A stretch of 41,361 bases of DNA, from positions 1 to 41,361 of the IMG/VR virus record IMGVR_UViG_3300012942_000077; one strand, 5' to 3'. Each line of letters starts with the position of its first letter. Position 1 is the first letter of the stretch. Positions 10,010 to 19,665 of this stretch are shown piece by piece. Under the pieces are notes generated by a model. It was not told where the DNA came from. It saw only the letters and a list, made by a program, of their open reading frames with translations, and did no database searches. Position numbers and translations under genes: made by a program. The DNA is from a virus. Its lineage: Duplodnaviria > Caudoviricetes.

Positions 10010-13000
10010 TACCTAATCCTGAGAGTCGTCGGCGTGTTAGCCGTAATGATGTCAATGTCGCTGACCTGTGCCGTCGTGAAGAACAATTCATCTGGATTGG
10101 ATCGAATCTCTCTCAAATTACCAAAATAACTGTCGTCAAGAACTGGAACAATTTCTACGCTCGATATTGCGGTACTCATCTGCCTATGAATGTAGGCGCT
10201 AAGTTCAGAGAAGTAGAACGTCTCACCGAAATCCCAATTACTTACCTCGAAGAAATCTCGTATGGCCGTGATCATCTGGCTCTTAATCTCACCATCACTT
10301 AGGCTCGTTCCAGCTAATGGAACTACCTTGAACTTAGCCTGGTATTCTGGTGCGGCTGATTGACCAAACAGCAATTTGAACTTCACTGGTCGCCAGATGA
10401 TCTCATCACTGAACATCTTGAAATCTTCAAGACCACTGAATGTGGTTCTCAGAGTGAGCTCGCTAGGTGGTTTAGGCATTGTCGAAAGATCCGAACCAGC
10501 ATTGCGCCAACTCGTCATTGCGTCATTGTATTCTCGGGTGAGAACGAAGATGTCAATGATATTGCTGATTGCTGGATCAATACGATGATTGGATGGTGCG
10601 AAGTGTTTCCACCTATAGATCAGATCATTCACGCCCTCTCGAACACTGAATTGCTGATTACCAACCGTGTAACTCACTGGGTAGTAATTGACCACTAAAT
10701 CAGTTGCTATGCGATCGGATGAATCAATTACCGGTATCAGATGATCGGCCTGACCCATGTAAATGTCAACAGTTCGGATCTGACCATTCAGTTTCTCAAA
10801 ATAGCCATAATCACCAGGTAGGAGTTGCGTTGTGAACGCATTATTGACTGCGTCATACTCCAAACGGGTGATGAGTTCATCGATTGGATAACCCGATGTG
10901 TCAAAGGTCTGGAGATGAACAATCGCATTCTGATCAGGGTTGATATTCTTAAGAACCTTGTAGGTATAAGGCACGTCTGGAATATCATCACCATTCCGAT
11001 CATTGAAGCGGACTTTGACCTTACTAGGATCCTGAAAACCATCAGGGTAGAGGAAGGCATCCTCCAACTTAAGAACCAGATCGGTGCTCAAAGGAGTTTG
11101 TAGGGTGGTATCCTGATAAAGACGCAGCCCCTTGAAATTGTTAGGTGCTTTGAGGATAGAAATGGTATCAGAACCGGCCTGACCCGTATTTGGATCAATG
11201 GATTTGTATTCAGATACGAAATAGAACTTACAATCACGTTCAGACTCAAATACGTAATAGAGACCGCGAGAAGTGATTCTCCAGAAGTTGCTGTTGTATT
11301 CGCAATAGATGAGCCAGCTATGAGGTCCCATGCCGTTCTCATCAACCTCATACTGGGCCGTGAGATCAGGATCTACTTCACTACTCTGAAGCACATACCA
11401 ACCCTTAGTAGGATCATTGTTGAAGCCGAGAGCAAAGGTTCGATTTAGATCCAAGTTCTCCTCAACTGCCCGATGAACCTGACTCGTAAGATCATATTCA
11501 ACCGTATAGTTGTTGGTGATATCAATACGGTCATCTGGTAACTGACGATACAGGTAATTGGAGAAGAAGTCCCTCAGGGGAATACTCGCCGCGGCATCGC
11601 TGAGGTAGGTATTCATAATCTCCTCAGTGGTAGCAGTTAGATGACTGACCTCAATTGATTCGGATGATTCATCCAAATAGAACGCACCATCATCAGCGAA
11701 GACATTGGTATTCTGGTAATTGCCTGTTGGATCATTGAGATCAATGTAACGGCTTTGACCCGAATAAACTCGGTTCACCGCTTTCAACTTGACTGCGAGA
11801 TTTGTTTGTACAGGTAGCTCATTGTAATCAGAACCGCTGACCATACGACCCTGAGTACCGTAGACTCGCGATGCTCGACGACGGATTTCAGTATTGGTCT
11901 CCGCAGGAACGCCGTTGTTTACTGATTCCTGTAGATTGAAACTTAGGCTGATACGCTTCTGAGCATTGTTGGGTGCGTAGAACGGAACACTGATTGCCAC
12001 ACCCTGCATGTCTTCTGGGCGGATCGTGAGGTTCTCACCGGAAGAAACTCGATACCATACTCGTAGATTACCGACTGGTGATTTACCGAAACGACCGTCT
12101 CCAAACCTCAAAGAAAGTTGATCATTCTCCTGGGTTGTCACCTGGTAGATTGATTGGATCTCTGGATCGATATTGTTATAGGTAACATTCTCAGTTGTGA
12201 GTAGGATCTTTGTGATGTCATCGGTTGGAACATATCCAACGCGGGTCCAATCACCATCCGATAGAACTGATCCAAGATCATCAACACTCTGAACCCATAC
12301 ATCAGTCTCATTGATGTTGTTGACCGCAATGGAGATCGTCCTATTCTCAATAGGTTCAGTGATACCAAAATCCTGCTTCTCTAGGGTGCCCTGTTTGAAG
12401 TAAACAAAGAACCCAGTATTGACCGAACTATTACCGTTGCCATCTGACCTGTAGATGATATGGAACGGAGCACTTGGATTGGGTGTCTGCTCTACGAAAC
12501 CATAGGTAGCATTGAAGTCAGCGTTACATACATCGAAACTATAGGTCTGGTTATTCACGATAGTGCTGAATGGAAAGTTACCAGCAGTGGTTGGAATGTT
12601 GTTGAACCGATAGAGCTGAGTCTCGATACCATCCAGGTTCTCAGTCTTCAGAGGAACACCGAAAGGATTAGTCGAAATAAGGCTAGCATTCAGAACCAGA
12701 ATCCACTGCTCAAACCAATCAGCATTGTTTGGATCATCCCAACGGATGGCGATATTGTTGAGGTTCTTACCCGTGGAATCATAAACGTCATGCGTGGTGC
12801 GAATCTCATTCAATTTCGCAAGACCACGCGCCGGATAGTTGCGCTTTGCGTTGTAGGAGAGTGAACGGGCCAGGCGGAGAATGGATTCACGACGTCTTGC
12901 CACATCGAGGAAGTTTTCACGTGCGTTGATATCCATCCTGAAGGCCAGACTCTGACCCAGGTAGGATAGCAGATCAATGATCGCCACGAATTCCGATGAT

Positions 13001-13170
13001 TCAATCCAATCGTTGAAATCCTCGGGGTAGTTACGACGAATGTAATCCACCATAGCTTGACGGATCGTGTTGAAGTCAAAGGCGTTAAGGTTGACCTCAG
13101 TAAACGCACGATAGGCAGCCAACCAGTCATTACCGGCGAAGAGTTCACTTTGGCGTTGGCTTTGGGCCAT
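10009..13170 (-). CDS. gp6: Baseplate wedge subunit, T4 gp6-like (1053 aa)
   Basis: The N-terminal 'FDFNTIRQAMVDYIRRNYPEDFNDWIESSEF..IIDLLSY..ENFLDVARRRESILRLARSLSY' and the later 'LRFGDGRFGKSP' and 'QGRMVSGSDY' are gp6/baseplate-J family hallmarks. It lies next to a gp25-like gene. Confidence 0.85.
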   Translation of the reverse strand: MAQSQRQSELFAGNDWLAAYRAFTEVNLNAFDFNTIRQAMVDYIRRNYPEDFNDWIESSEFVAIIDLLSYLGQSLAFRMDINARENFLDVARRRESILRLARSLSYNAKRNYPARGLAKLNEIRTTHDVYDSTGKNLNNIAIRWDDPNNADWFEQWILVLNASLISTNPFGVPLKTENLDGIETQLYRFNNIPTTAGNFPFSTIVNNQTYSFDVCNADFNATYGFVEQTPNPSAPFHIIYRSDGNGNSSVNTGFFVYFKQGTLEKQDFGITEPIENRTISIAVNNINETDVWVQSVDDLGSVLSDGDWTRVGYVPTDDITKILLTTENVTYNNIDPEIQSIYQVTTQENDQLSLRFGDGRFGKSPVGNLRVWYRVSSGENLTIRPEDMQGVAISVPFYAPNNAQKRISLSFNLQESVNNGVPAETNTEIRRRASRVYGTQGRMVSGSDYNELPVQTNLAVKLKAVNRVYSGQSRYIDLNDPTGNYQNTNVFADDGAFYLDESSESIEVSHLTATTEEIMNTYLSDAAASIPLRDFFSNYLYRQLPDDRIDITNNYTVEYDLTSQVHRAVEENLDLNRTFALGFNNDPTKGWYVLQSSEVDPDLTAQYEVDENGMGPHSWLIYCEYNSNFWRITSRGLYYVFESERDCKFYFVSEYKSIDPNTGQAGSDTISILKAPNNFKGLRLYQDTTLQTPLSTDLVLKLEDAFLYPDGFQDPSKVKVRFNDRNGDDIPDVPYTYKVLKNINPDQNAIVHLQTFDTSGYPIDELITRLEYDAVNNAFTTQLLPGDYGYFEKLNGQIRTVDIYMGQADHLIPVIDSSDRIATDLVVNYYPVSYTVGNQQFSVREGVNDLIYRWKHFAPSNHRIDPAISNIIDIFVLTREYNDAMTSWRNAGSDLSTMPKPPSELTLRTTFSGLEDFKMFSDEIIWRPVKFKLLFGQSAAPEYQAKFKVVPLAGTSLSDGEIKSQMITAIRDFFEVSNWDFGETFYFSELSAYIHRQMSTAISSVEIVPVLDDSYFGNLREIRSNPDELFFTTAQVSDIDIITANTPTTLRIR

Positions 13171-13172
13171 TC

Positions 13173-13556
13173 TTAAATCCTCTCAAGAGAACGGCGATCA
13201 AACTCTAGCGAAAAAGTGCCAACAACGTCGAAGGGCACATACTTGAGTTCAATGGCTACCATGATTCCATGGATAGATGTAGATACGTTGGTGCTTTGGA
13301 GTTGAACCCTAGGATCATGACCCACAATCCGAGTCACATCATCAACAACGGCTGCTTTGGTTGAATCAGTAAATGGTTCAAAAAGCAGATCCCAGATAAT
13401 GGTTCCGAAGGTAGGCAGCATCAGACGCTCACCCTTTCGGGTCATGAATTCATTGAGCAGATCACGCTTAACCAGGTCGATATCACTTACCGACCAGCCG
13501 CGCTTGCCTGTCATATCTTGAGTACTGAAACCAATGAATAGTCTGCGCTGAGCCAT
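13173..13556 (-). CDS. gp25: Baseplate wedge subunit, gp25-like (127 aa; true start at MAQRRL)
   Basis: 'DLVKRDLLNEFMTRKGERLMLPTFGTIIWDLLFEP..DPRV' is the GPW/gp25 signature. A GGAGGG SD and a TATAAATA box lie just upstream of ATG 13556, so the longer ORF-track start is unlikely. Confidence 0.88.
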   Translation of the reverse strand: MAQRRLFIGFSTQDMTGKRGWSVSDIDLVKRDLLNEFMTRKGERLMLPTFGTIIWDLLFEPFTDSTKAAVVDDVTRIVGHDPRVQLQSTNVSTSIHGIMVAIELKYVPFDVVGTFSLEFDRRSLERI

Positions 13557-13576
13557 TCTACCCTCCAATGTATGCG

Positions 13577-13584
13577 TATTTATA
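13577..13584 (-). promoter_or_regulatory. T4-type late promoter TATAAATA for the gp25-gp6-giant ORF operon
   Basis: Exact TATAAATA on the - strand, 20 nt upstream of the gp25 start. A gp55-like sigma is encoded in the window. Confidence 0.8.
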
Positions 13585-13658
13585 GCCCTTATAAACCGCA
13601 TAGATAACCAGAAAGCCACATATTGACATTCAGGTAGTAGGTAGTCCAAAGTAGCAAT

Positions 13659-13907
13659 ATGGATAATCCAGAGGTTGATGACGATCCCAAAGCTGTTGCG
13701 GATCGCGAGAAATTCGAGAGCATCTCCAAGGTAGTAACTCATCCGGTCATCGTTAGAGGATCCAGGGGGAAGAGAACTCTGAAGGTGCCTGAGCTTAAGA
13801 GTCCCGATGAGCTCAATCTAAAATGGCACGATGATCCAGAAGAGATCCGGGCGGCCAAGAGAGCGGCTGCTCGCAAAGAGAAGCGCAATTCCAAACCACA
13901 AGATTGA
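13659..13907 (+). CDS. Hypothetical protein (82 aa, charged, basic C-terminus)
   Basis: Fills the gap between the gp25 promoter and the exonuclease, with a protein-like composition. TTGACA lies at 13623-13628 upstream. Confidence 0.55.
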   Translation: MDNPEVDDDPKAVADREKFESISKVVTHPVIVRGSRGKRTLKVPELKSPDELNLKWHDDPEEIRAAKRAAARKEKRNSKPQD

Positions 13908-13938
13908 GAACCGTGTCAATCGGTCGAGAAATGAACGT

Positions 13939-14541
13939 ATGGGTGGTAAACCAGAAATCTATTGTATGACTGACATTGAGGCCGATGGCAAGTGTCCTGG
14001 TCTTTCTAGTATGCTCAGTTTCGCTACGGCAGCCTTCGATGTCGAGAAGAACCTTGTAGGCACGTTTGAGGCCAATTTGGAGTTGCTCGAAGGTGCTGAA
14101 CCTTGTGAGGATACCATGAGGTTCTGGAATGAGAGTGAAGCCAATCGACGAGCCTATCGAGCAACACGTCAAAACATTCAAGATCCAGCAGTAGCTATGG
14201 CTCGGTATGAAGCATGGCTAAAATCACTACCAGGTCAGCCAATTTTTGTCGGTTATCCAGCGGTCTACGATTTCAAATGGATCGACTACTACTGTGTGAA
14301 ATACCTAGGTAATAACCCATTTAGCTTCAGCCGAGCCGTCGATGTTAAGAGTTATGCCTGGGCTATCCTTGGTCGACATTTTCAATCGTGTAGCAAGCGC
14401 ACTATGCCAAAGCACTGGTTCGATGATCTTCCACACACTCATGTGGCAATTGATGATGCGATTGAGCAAGGTGCTATGTTTATCAACATGATGCGCGAAT
14501 GTCGGGGTATGAATCCCATTAAAGGCATTCCAAATCAATAA
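13939..14541 (+). CDS. DEDDh 3'-5' exonuclease (DnaQ/Rv2179c-like), ~200 aa
   Basis: ExoI 'TDIEADG', ExoII 'YPAVYDF' and ExoIII 'HVAIDDA' motifs. The start is placed at MGGKPEIY because the upstream in-frame region overlaps the previous ORF. Confidence 0.8.
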   Translation: MGGKPEIYCMTDIEADGKCPGLSSMLSFATAAFDVEKNLVGTFEANLELLEGAEPCEDTMRFWNESEANRRAYRATRQNIQDPAVAMARYEAWLKSLPGQPIFVGYPAVYDFKWIDYYCVKYLGNNPFSFSRAVDVKSYAWAILGRHFQSCSKRTMPKHWFDDLPHTHVAIDDAIEQGAMFINMMRECRGMNPIKGIPNQ

Positions 14542-14561
14542 GAGGCACATGCCTCTTATTG
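14536..14561. terminator. Inverted repeat between convergent genes; likely bidirectional terminator
   Basis: CAATAAGAGGCA-ca-TGCCTCTTATTG is a perfect 12-bp inverted repeat containing both stop codons (14539-14541 on +, 14556-14558 on -). Confidence 0.65.
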
Positions 14562-16439
14562 TTTCTGATCTCCTGCCTTCATAGCCTTACCGGTAGCAAA
14601 GGGTATTACCTGTGCTGGGTTGATGGGTGATCCACCCTGACGCACCTCAAAGTGGAGGTGTGGACCAGTGACTCTACCCGTGGCTCCCACCTTACCAATT
14701 TGCGCCATCTGGGCGACCTTCTGACCCTTGCTTACCAGGATAGCACTCTGGTGAGCATATAGCGTACTAATTCCATTCCCATGATCGATAATCGTACAGT
14801 TACCATAACCACCCTTTGTTCCAGCAAAGGTTACTGTTCCTGCCTTACTGGCATAGATAGGTGTTCCGACCGGTGTATGACGAATATCAACACCGGTATG
14901 CATCTTCTTAACCTTGAGCACTGGATGGATACGATAACCAAAGGGTGAGCCACCAATACCAGTAACTGGGCAACAAAACTTGGTGCCATCATCCGGAATT
15001 ACAGCTGGCTGGGTATCATCAACTTCACCACCCTGGCCTTCTTCCTCCACACTGTCAGTTCCTTCAGCACCGCTATCACTGCTAGATGTTCCTGATCCAC
15101 TAGCCATGCTTGCTGCTGGGCTCTTGGTTCCAGGATGACCATTATATGGTTCATGAGTAGGCATCCTGGAACAAATACTCATGGTGCTACTATCAGGGTA
15201 TCCAGAGCTTGGGTTGAGTTCGCGATCAGCTAGGCGTGTAGGTTTTGGACCTTGTGCTTCAGTGGCCTTAGTTGGTTTTGGACCATTACCACCATTCTGT
15301 TGGATCTGTGCTCCTTTGAGGAATAGATTGCCGCCTGCCGTTATACCGAAGACTCCTCCTGATTCCACGGCTGCCGTTCCACCAGCCTGGATACTAGCGT
15401 TGCCACTAGCGGTGACATTGGCCGCACCCTTGCTCAATAGATTCATATCACCGGCAGCACTGATGTTACAAGCCGCGCCAGTAAGAACTTCTAGATTCTT
15501 ACCGAATTGCATGGAACCACCACCAGCCCCATAAGCATTCCATGATTTGATGGCATTCATATTGATCTGACCATCAGCATGGAAATTCAAATCACCCTGA
15601 CTCCTCAGACTGATACTCTTTGCGGAATAGGCATCAATTCCATCGTCGCTAACCTCGAGCCAACTGTTACCATTACCAGATATGAGGTAGACGTAACCAG
15701 TAGCATCATTGATATAGATTTGAGCACCGGTCTTGGTGCGAATACGTATCGATGAATCATCACCATCATCAAACACCAGCTGATGACCACCTGGGCTCTT
15801 GAAGCCGTAAACTTTGCTTATCTCGTCACGACGAGCACCAGCATCAGTCGGACCCCTGCTGGTATCCTCATAGAGGCCTTGGGCTTGTAGACCCTCATGT
15901 AGGGGATCGAAGCGAGCGCGGGTGTGATTATCAGAATTGGGGACGTTCGGATCCCAACGATTATATTCAGCGACTGGTGGGTTGGCCCCATCAACGCCTG
16001 GATCGTATGAGTTATTGGTCGGAATGCCAGGCACCATATGATTCATGAAGCTCTGGTAGAGGCCACCAATATAGATGCCCCTATTGGGGTCACCATTGAT
16101 GAACATGACCACTACTTCATTTTCGAGATCGGGCGGAACAGCCCACCAGCCATATGATTGTTGGGTATCGGCGAGTTTCTTACCCTGCTTGGTGTTATCC
16201 TTGGGGTTGGTCGCACCAGCAAAAGGCGAGCAATACTGAACGGTAAGCCATGAAAGTTCATCGTCTGGGTTTGAACTTAATTCAGGTATCCAAACCTGAA
16301 GTCGACCAAGTTTGAAGGCATCCTTGTTATTCTTAACAAAGCCCAGATAGACCTGATTGAGTAGATTGATGCGGCCACCTGGATCCTGTTGATATCCACG
16401 TGGGGTACGAAATGAACGACCAAAGCTACGACTAGACAT
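14556..16439 (-). CDS. gp5: Baseplate hub/central spike, gp5/VgrG-like, with C-terminal M23 peptidase (627 aa)
   Basis: N-terminal gp5 OB fold ('GFVKNNKDAFKLGRLQVWIPEL..VPPDLENEVVVMFINGD'), then beta-helix repeats, then 'PTHEPYNGH'. After a Ser/Gly/Glu linker come the M23 motifs 'HTGVD', 'YAH' and 'GPHLHFEV'. Confidence 0.8.
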   Translation of the reverse strand: MSSRSFGRSFRTPRGYQQDPGGRINLLNQVYLGFVKNNKDAFKLGRLQVWIPELSSNPDDELSWLTVQYCSPFAGATNPKDNTKQGKKLADTQQSYGWWAVPPDLENEVVVMFINGDPNRGIYIGGLYQSFMNHMVPGIPTNNSYDPGVDGANPPVAEYNRWDPNVPNSDNHTRARFDPLHEGLQAQGLYEDTSRGPTDAGARRDEISKVYGFKSPGGHQLVFDDGDDSSIRIRTKTGAQIYINDATGYVYLISGNGNSWLEVSDDGIDAYSAKSISLRSQGDLNFHADGQINMNAIKSWNAYGAGGGSMQFGKNLEVLTGAACNISAAGDMNLLSKGAANVTASGNASIQAGGTAAVESGGVFGITAGGNLFLKGAQIQQNGGNGPKPTKATEAQGPKPTRLADRELNPSSGYPDSSTMSICSRMPTHEPYNGHPGTKSPAASMASGSGTSSSDSGAEGTDSVEEEGQGGEVDDTQPAVIPDDGTKFCCPVTGIGGSPFGYRIHPVLKVKKMHTGVDIRHTPVGTPIYASKAGTVTFAGTKGGYGNCTIIDHGNGISTLYAHQSAILVSKGQKVAQMAQIGKVGATGRVTGPHLHFEVRQGGSPINPAQVIPFATGKAMKAGDQKQ

Positions 16440-16441
16440 TG

Positions 16442-19354
16442 TTATTCCTTAATCGAGGTAGCACCAAAGGCCGCCCAAGTTTGTGATAATTGTGTTGGGT
16501 TACCTCGGACCTTATTCCAAAGATTCTCTGCCAAGGCATCTTGGGTTGCTGGGCTAAATGTCACATTCTGCCAATCATTACCATAGACATCTCGAGCATT
16601 CTCAGCCAGGGTTCCGCTTACAAATTGATAAGCACCGACCGCAGAGGAAGACTGATTACCGTCAAATCCCTTAGTCGCAGGAATCATTACGGTTTTCTGA
16701 TAGTTATACACTTGACCCATGGTCATGCTGGTGAGATCCTGTTGGGTAAGACCCGCAGCATTGTTGGTAGGACTGGTGTTATAGACCAAAGTATTATAAC
16801 CACCCAGATGTGGTGTTCCTTCCGCTGCCTGAATCTTCGCCTTAACATCGGAGAATGGAACATTGGCCTGACCATAGGGTGATAGTTTGTTGTTAGCCTG
16901 AGATGTCGGTTGAGGGGTGCCTTTGGATTGGCCCGTCGTTTGAGGCCCACTCGATGCCGGACTATTGGTAAGTGTAGGACTTTCATCAACACTTGACGTT
17001 CGCCCTTCGATAATATCTTCAAAACTCCAACCAGGAATGCGGTATGCGCTGATATCCTGCGTGAACTGGCCACCGGAGAATCTATTGGTTACCATATTAC
17101 AAGCGTAGAATCCAGTGAAGATATCACTGTTGCCGCCACTACCCTTTGATGTATTGGCATTATCCCCCGAACCGGTGGCCGGGGCCGCATTGGATGACGA
17201 GTTAGGATTCTGATCGGCAGGAAGCGAAACAGTTCCTGTCGCATTGTCGTAACCCTGGGGTAGTTTGAATTTGAAAACAAACATGTGCTCGCCATTGTAC
17301 TGATTAATCCTATCATCAGTACTTGGTGAATCGAATGGTTCACCAGAGTTACCAGGGCCTAGCCAATAAGGATCACCTTTAATCTGAAGTTCTATGGCTT
17401 GGAGATTAGTATCCATTGTTCCATAGAGCTGATTCAACAGAGTACCGTAGACTGTCTTATATGGATCATTATCATTACTAGTGCCAGTAGTCGCTCGAGC
17501 ACCTGGATTACCAGAATCTTGAGTAATTGTAATAGGCATGAAGCTTTGACTACCCTGATCAGCACCTTGGTAGTTCGGATTTTGGGTATTCTCATAAACA
17601 AGATCTTCACCATCGAGGATAGCACCATTTTGACCTGGTGGTAATTTTCTTGGTGGAATGGCGGCTTTCGCTGCGTCTTCACTCTTGCCGGCTATTGTTG
17701 ATAGCTGCTCATTCTTTTTATTCGCAGCATCATAGTCGGCTTGTAGTTTAGCCTTTTGAGCTTGCTGATCAGCTGTCAGAGTTTGTCCAGGTTGGTCATA
17801 TTCTGCGTTGAAATCATCTAGGGCCTTCCTTGTGCTCACTAAATCATCATACGAACTCGATACATCTTGACTCTGAGTTGCCGCATCTTTGGAAGGGTCT
17901 ATCTGAGCTGGAGTTCCAGTGAAGGTGAGTTTACCCTGAACTCTTGGCACGGATACTGCCCAGTTGAAGTTGATACTGATATCGAACTTCAACACTTCAG
18001 TATTCATACCAGTGAAGATGTAATCATATTCCTTGCGAAGGAATGCCTGTTGGATAGCGAATGATGCCTTTTGCTTATTCAATTTGGCATTCTTATCAAA
18101 GTTCTTAGCTAGACCCATTGACGTCAAGAGGCGTAGAGTTGGGTAGGGTCTGATAATGTAGGTGATCTTTCTACTATAATTGCCCTGGACTGGATTGTAG
18201 TCTTTGTATTCCACCTTCGAATCAACACAATGCATGATTGACATGACATCTCTAATTTCTTTTTCATCATCGTCACCCACAGTAGGTGGCAATTCACGAG
18301 AAAGTCTGGCCATTCTGATAGCTGTGTGGCAATGAGCCAAAACCATATCAACAATAGCAGGAAAGTCAGTACCAGAACTAAACTGACCACCTTGAGTTCC
18401 ATAAGTTGGATCAGAACCCTGGTTTGCGACCGTAGGAACACTTGATGTGAGTGGATGATCAAATGGATTCTTGATTCCTACTTTCGTATCAAAAGGATAG
18501 TCTCTAGCTTCAACCGCATATTCAATGAAAGGAACAGCCGTCTTACCGTACTTTCTTGGCACATCGTTATTCATAGCGGTGATGACATTCTTAAGTGCCT
18601 CTCCAACAGTATTGCCTGTCGCATTAGCGGTACTTGGTAGAATACCATATTGGTTATCCAGAGCCGTCTCATTTAATGGAACGGCTGTAATAGTGTGCAT
18701 AGATCCTGTTTCATTGATATCAGATTGAATATCAACAAGGGTTAGCTGCCAAATCCAATTATCACCAATTTTAGCCATGTGGCCATCTTCATCATAGCCC
18801 CACAGCTTTAGCTTAAGAAACCAAGGTGCCTTAAGGTAGTTGTAAATCTGTTTGGTGACAGCAGCTTGGTATAGAAGATCTGGAAGCATTGCTCCATAAG
18901 GTTCATAAATCCTGATAGTCACGTTAGTTGTTAGAGCATTTTTGGTACGAATGTTAGGGCCGATTACAGAATCAATAGTTACATCCTGGATATTCATACC
19001 AGTCAAACCAGTTTCAGCAATCACAAATTCATTACCCTTACCCTGCTCCTGGGGGAACTCACTATCAAGATAGAAGGAGAAATGATAAGATGGTTGAAAC
19101 ACTTCACTCATAGGATTCGGTACTGGTTCAAATCCTATTTTATTGAGTACATCCTCCCCTGTACCGTCACCATCTCGGATAACACCAGGATCTTGTTTGG
19201 GTGAAGGTTGATCTGAAGGCTTGGCGTTTGGGTCTTTGCTTCCAGAACTACTGGTAGTCTTACCACCAAGATCCTCATCCTCTGAGGGTGAAGCTACTAA
19301 ATCCGTGACCTTCTTAACCAGGTTCTCTGCTAGATTAGGAAGAAGAATTGGCAT
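16442..19354 (-). CDS. Baseplate hub protein with C-terminal lambda-R-like lysozyme/transglycosylase domain (970 aa)
   Basis: Lies between the gp53- and gp5-like genes. 'IKGDPYWL..FTGFYACNMVTNRFSGGQFTQ' is hub-like. The C-terminal 'AAEGT..GGYNTLV..SSAVGAYQFVSGTL..FSPATQDALA' matches lambda-lysozyme-type motifs. Confidence 0.65.
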   Translation of the reverse strand: MPILLPNLAENLVKKVTDLVASPSEDEDLGGKTTSSSGSKDPNAKPSDQPSPKQDPGVIRDGDGTGEDVLNKIGFEPVPNPMSEVFQPSYHFSFYLDSEFPQEQGKGNEFVIAETGLTGMNIQDVTIDSVIGPNIRTKNALTTNVTIRIYEPYGAMLPDLLYQAAVTKQIYNYLKAPWFLKLKLWGYDEDGHMAKIGDNWIWQLTLVDIQSDINETGSMHTITAVPLNETALDNQYGILPSTANATGNTVGEALKNVITAMNNDVPRKYGKTAVPFIEYAVEARDYPFDTKVGIKNPFDHPLTSSVPTVANQGSDPTYGTQGGQFSSGTDFPAIVDMVLAHCHTAIRMARLSRELPPTVGDDDEKEIRDVMSIMHCVDSKVEYKDYNPVQGNYSRKITYIIRPYPTLRLLTSMGLAKNFDKNAKLNKQKASFAIQQAFLRKEYDYIFTGMNTEVLKFDISINFNWAVSVPRVQGKLTFTGTPAQIDPSKDAATQSQDVSSSYDDLVSTRKALDDFNAEYDQPGQTLTADQQAQKAKLQADYDAANKKNEQLSTIAGKSEDAAKAAIPPRKLPPGQNGAILDGEDLVYENTQNPNYQGADQGSQSFMPITITQDSGNPGARATTGTSNDNDPYKTVYGTLLNQLYGTMDTNLQAIELQIKGDPYWLGPGNSGEPFDSPSTDDRINQYNGEHMFVFKFKLPQGYDNATGTVSLPADQNPNSSSNAAPATGSGDNANTSKGSGGNSDIFTGFYACNMVTNRFSGGQFTQDISAYRIPGWSFEDIIEGRTSSVDESPTLTNSPASSGPQTTGQSKGTPQPTSQANNKLSPYGQANVPFSDVKAKIQAAEGTPHLGGYNTLVYNTSPTNNAAGLTQQDLTSMTMGQVYNYQKTVMIPATKGFDGNQSSSAVGAYQFVSGTLAENARDVYGNDWQNVTFSPATQDALAENLWNKVRGNPTQLSQTWAAFGATSIKE

Positions 19355-19665
19355 TAGGAAGCCTTCGAAAGTGTTGAAAGACGATTCAAAGTTGGAATGT
19401 AGAGACTCATTCCAGTCTTCATATCATAGATAGGATCTTTGATCACATTAGGGTTTAGGATCATGAAGATCCACCAATAATTGGGTGTGTTGTATTGGTC
19501 ATATGATAAGAGATCAGGTCGATTCTCATACTTACTAGCAAGAGCCGGAATGAAGATATCCGTACTATCTCGGGGGATAGATCGGTATGATAGATTACTC
19601 AGAAACCAACTGGTCTGCTGGGTTGTGTAATAGGGGCTTGTTGGGCCATATTTGACTATACTCAT
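19354..19665 (-). CDS. gp53: Baseplate wedge gp53-like LysM protein (103 aa)
   Basis: 'YENRPDLLSYDQYNTPNYWWIF..N..IKDPI..G..LYIP' is the gp53/LysM pattern. Confidence 0.8.
   Translation of the reverse strand: MSIVKYGPTSPYYTTQQTSWFLSNLSYRSIPRDSTDIFIPALASKYENRPDLLSYDQYNTPNYWWIFMILNPNVIKDPIYDMKTGMSLYIPTLNRLSTLSKAS

Noticed and set aside
123-12864. Many 60-190 aa ORF-track entries on the + strand and in alternate - frames
   Set aside because: They are shadows of the giant ORF and the gp6-like gene, with no SDs or recognisable motifs.
13557-13742. N-terminal extension of gp25 in the ORF track (similar over-long starts at 13831, 26704, 37319, 38589, 39701)
   Set aside because: Downstream ATGs have better SDs or coupling, and the extensions overlap promoters or other genes.
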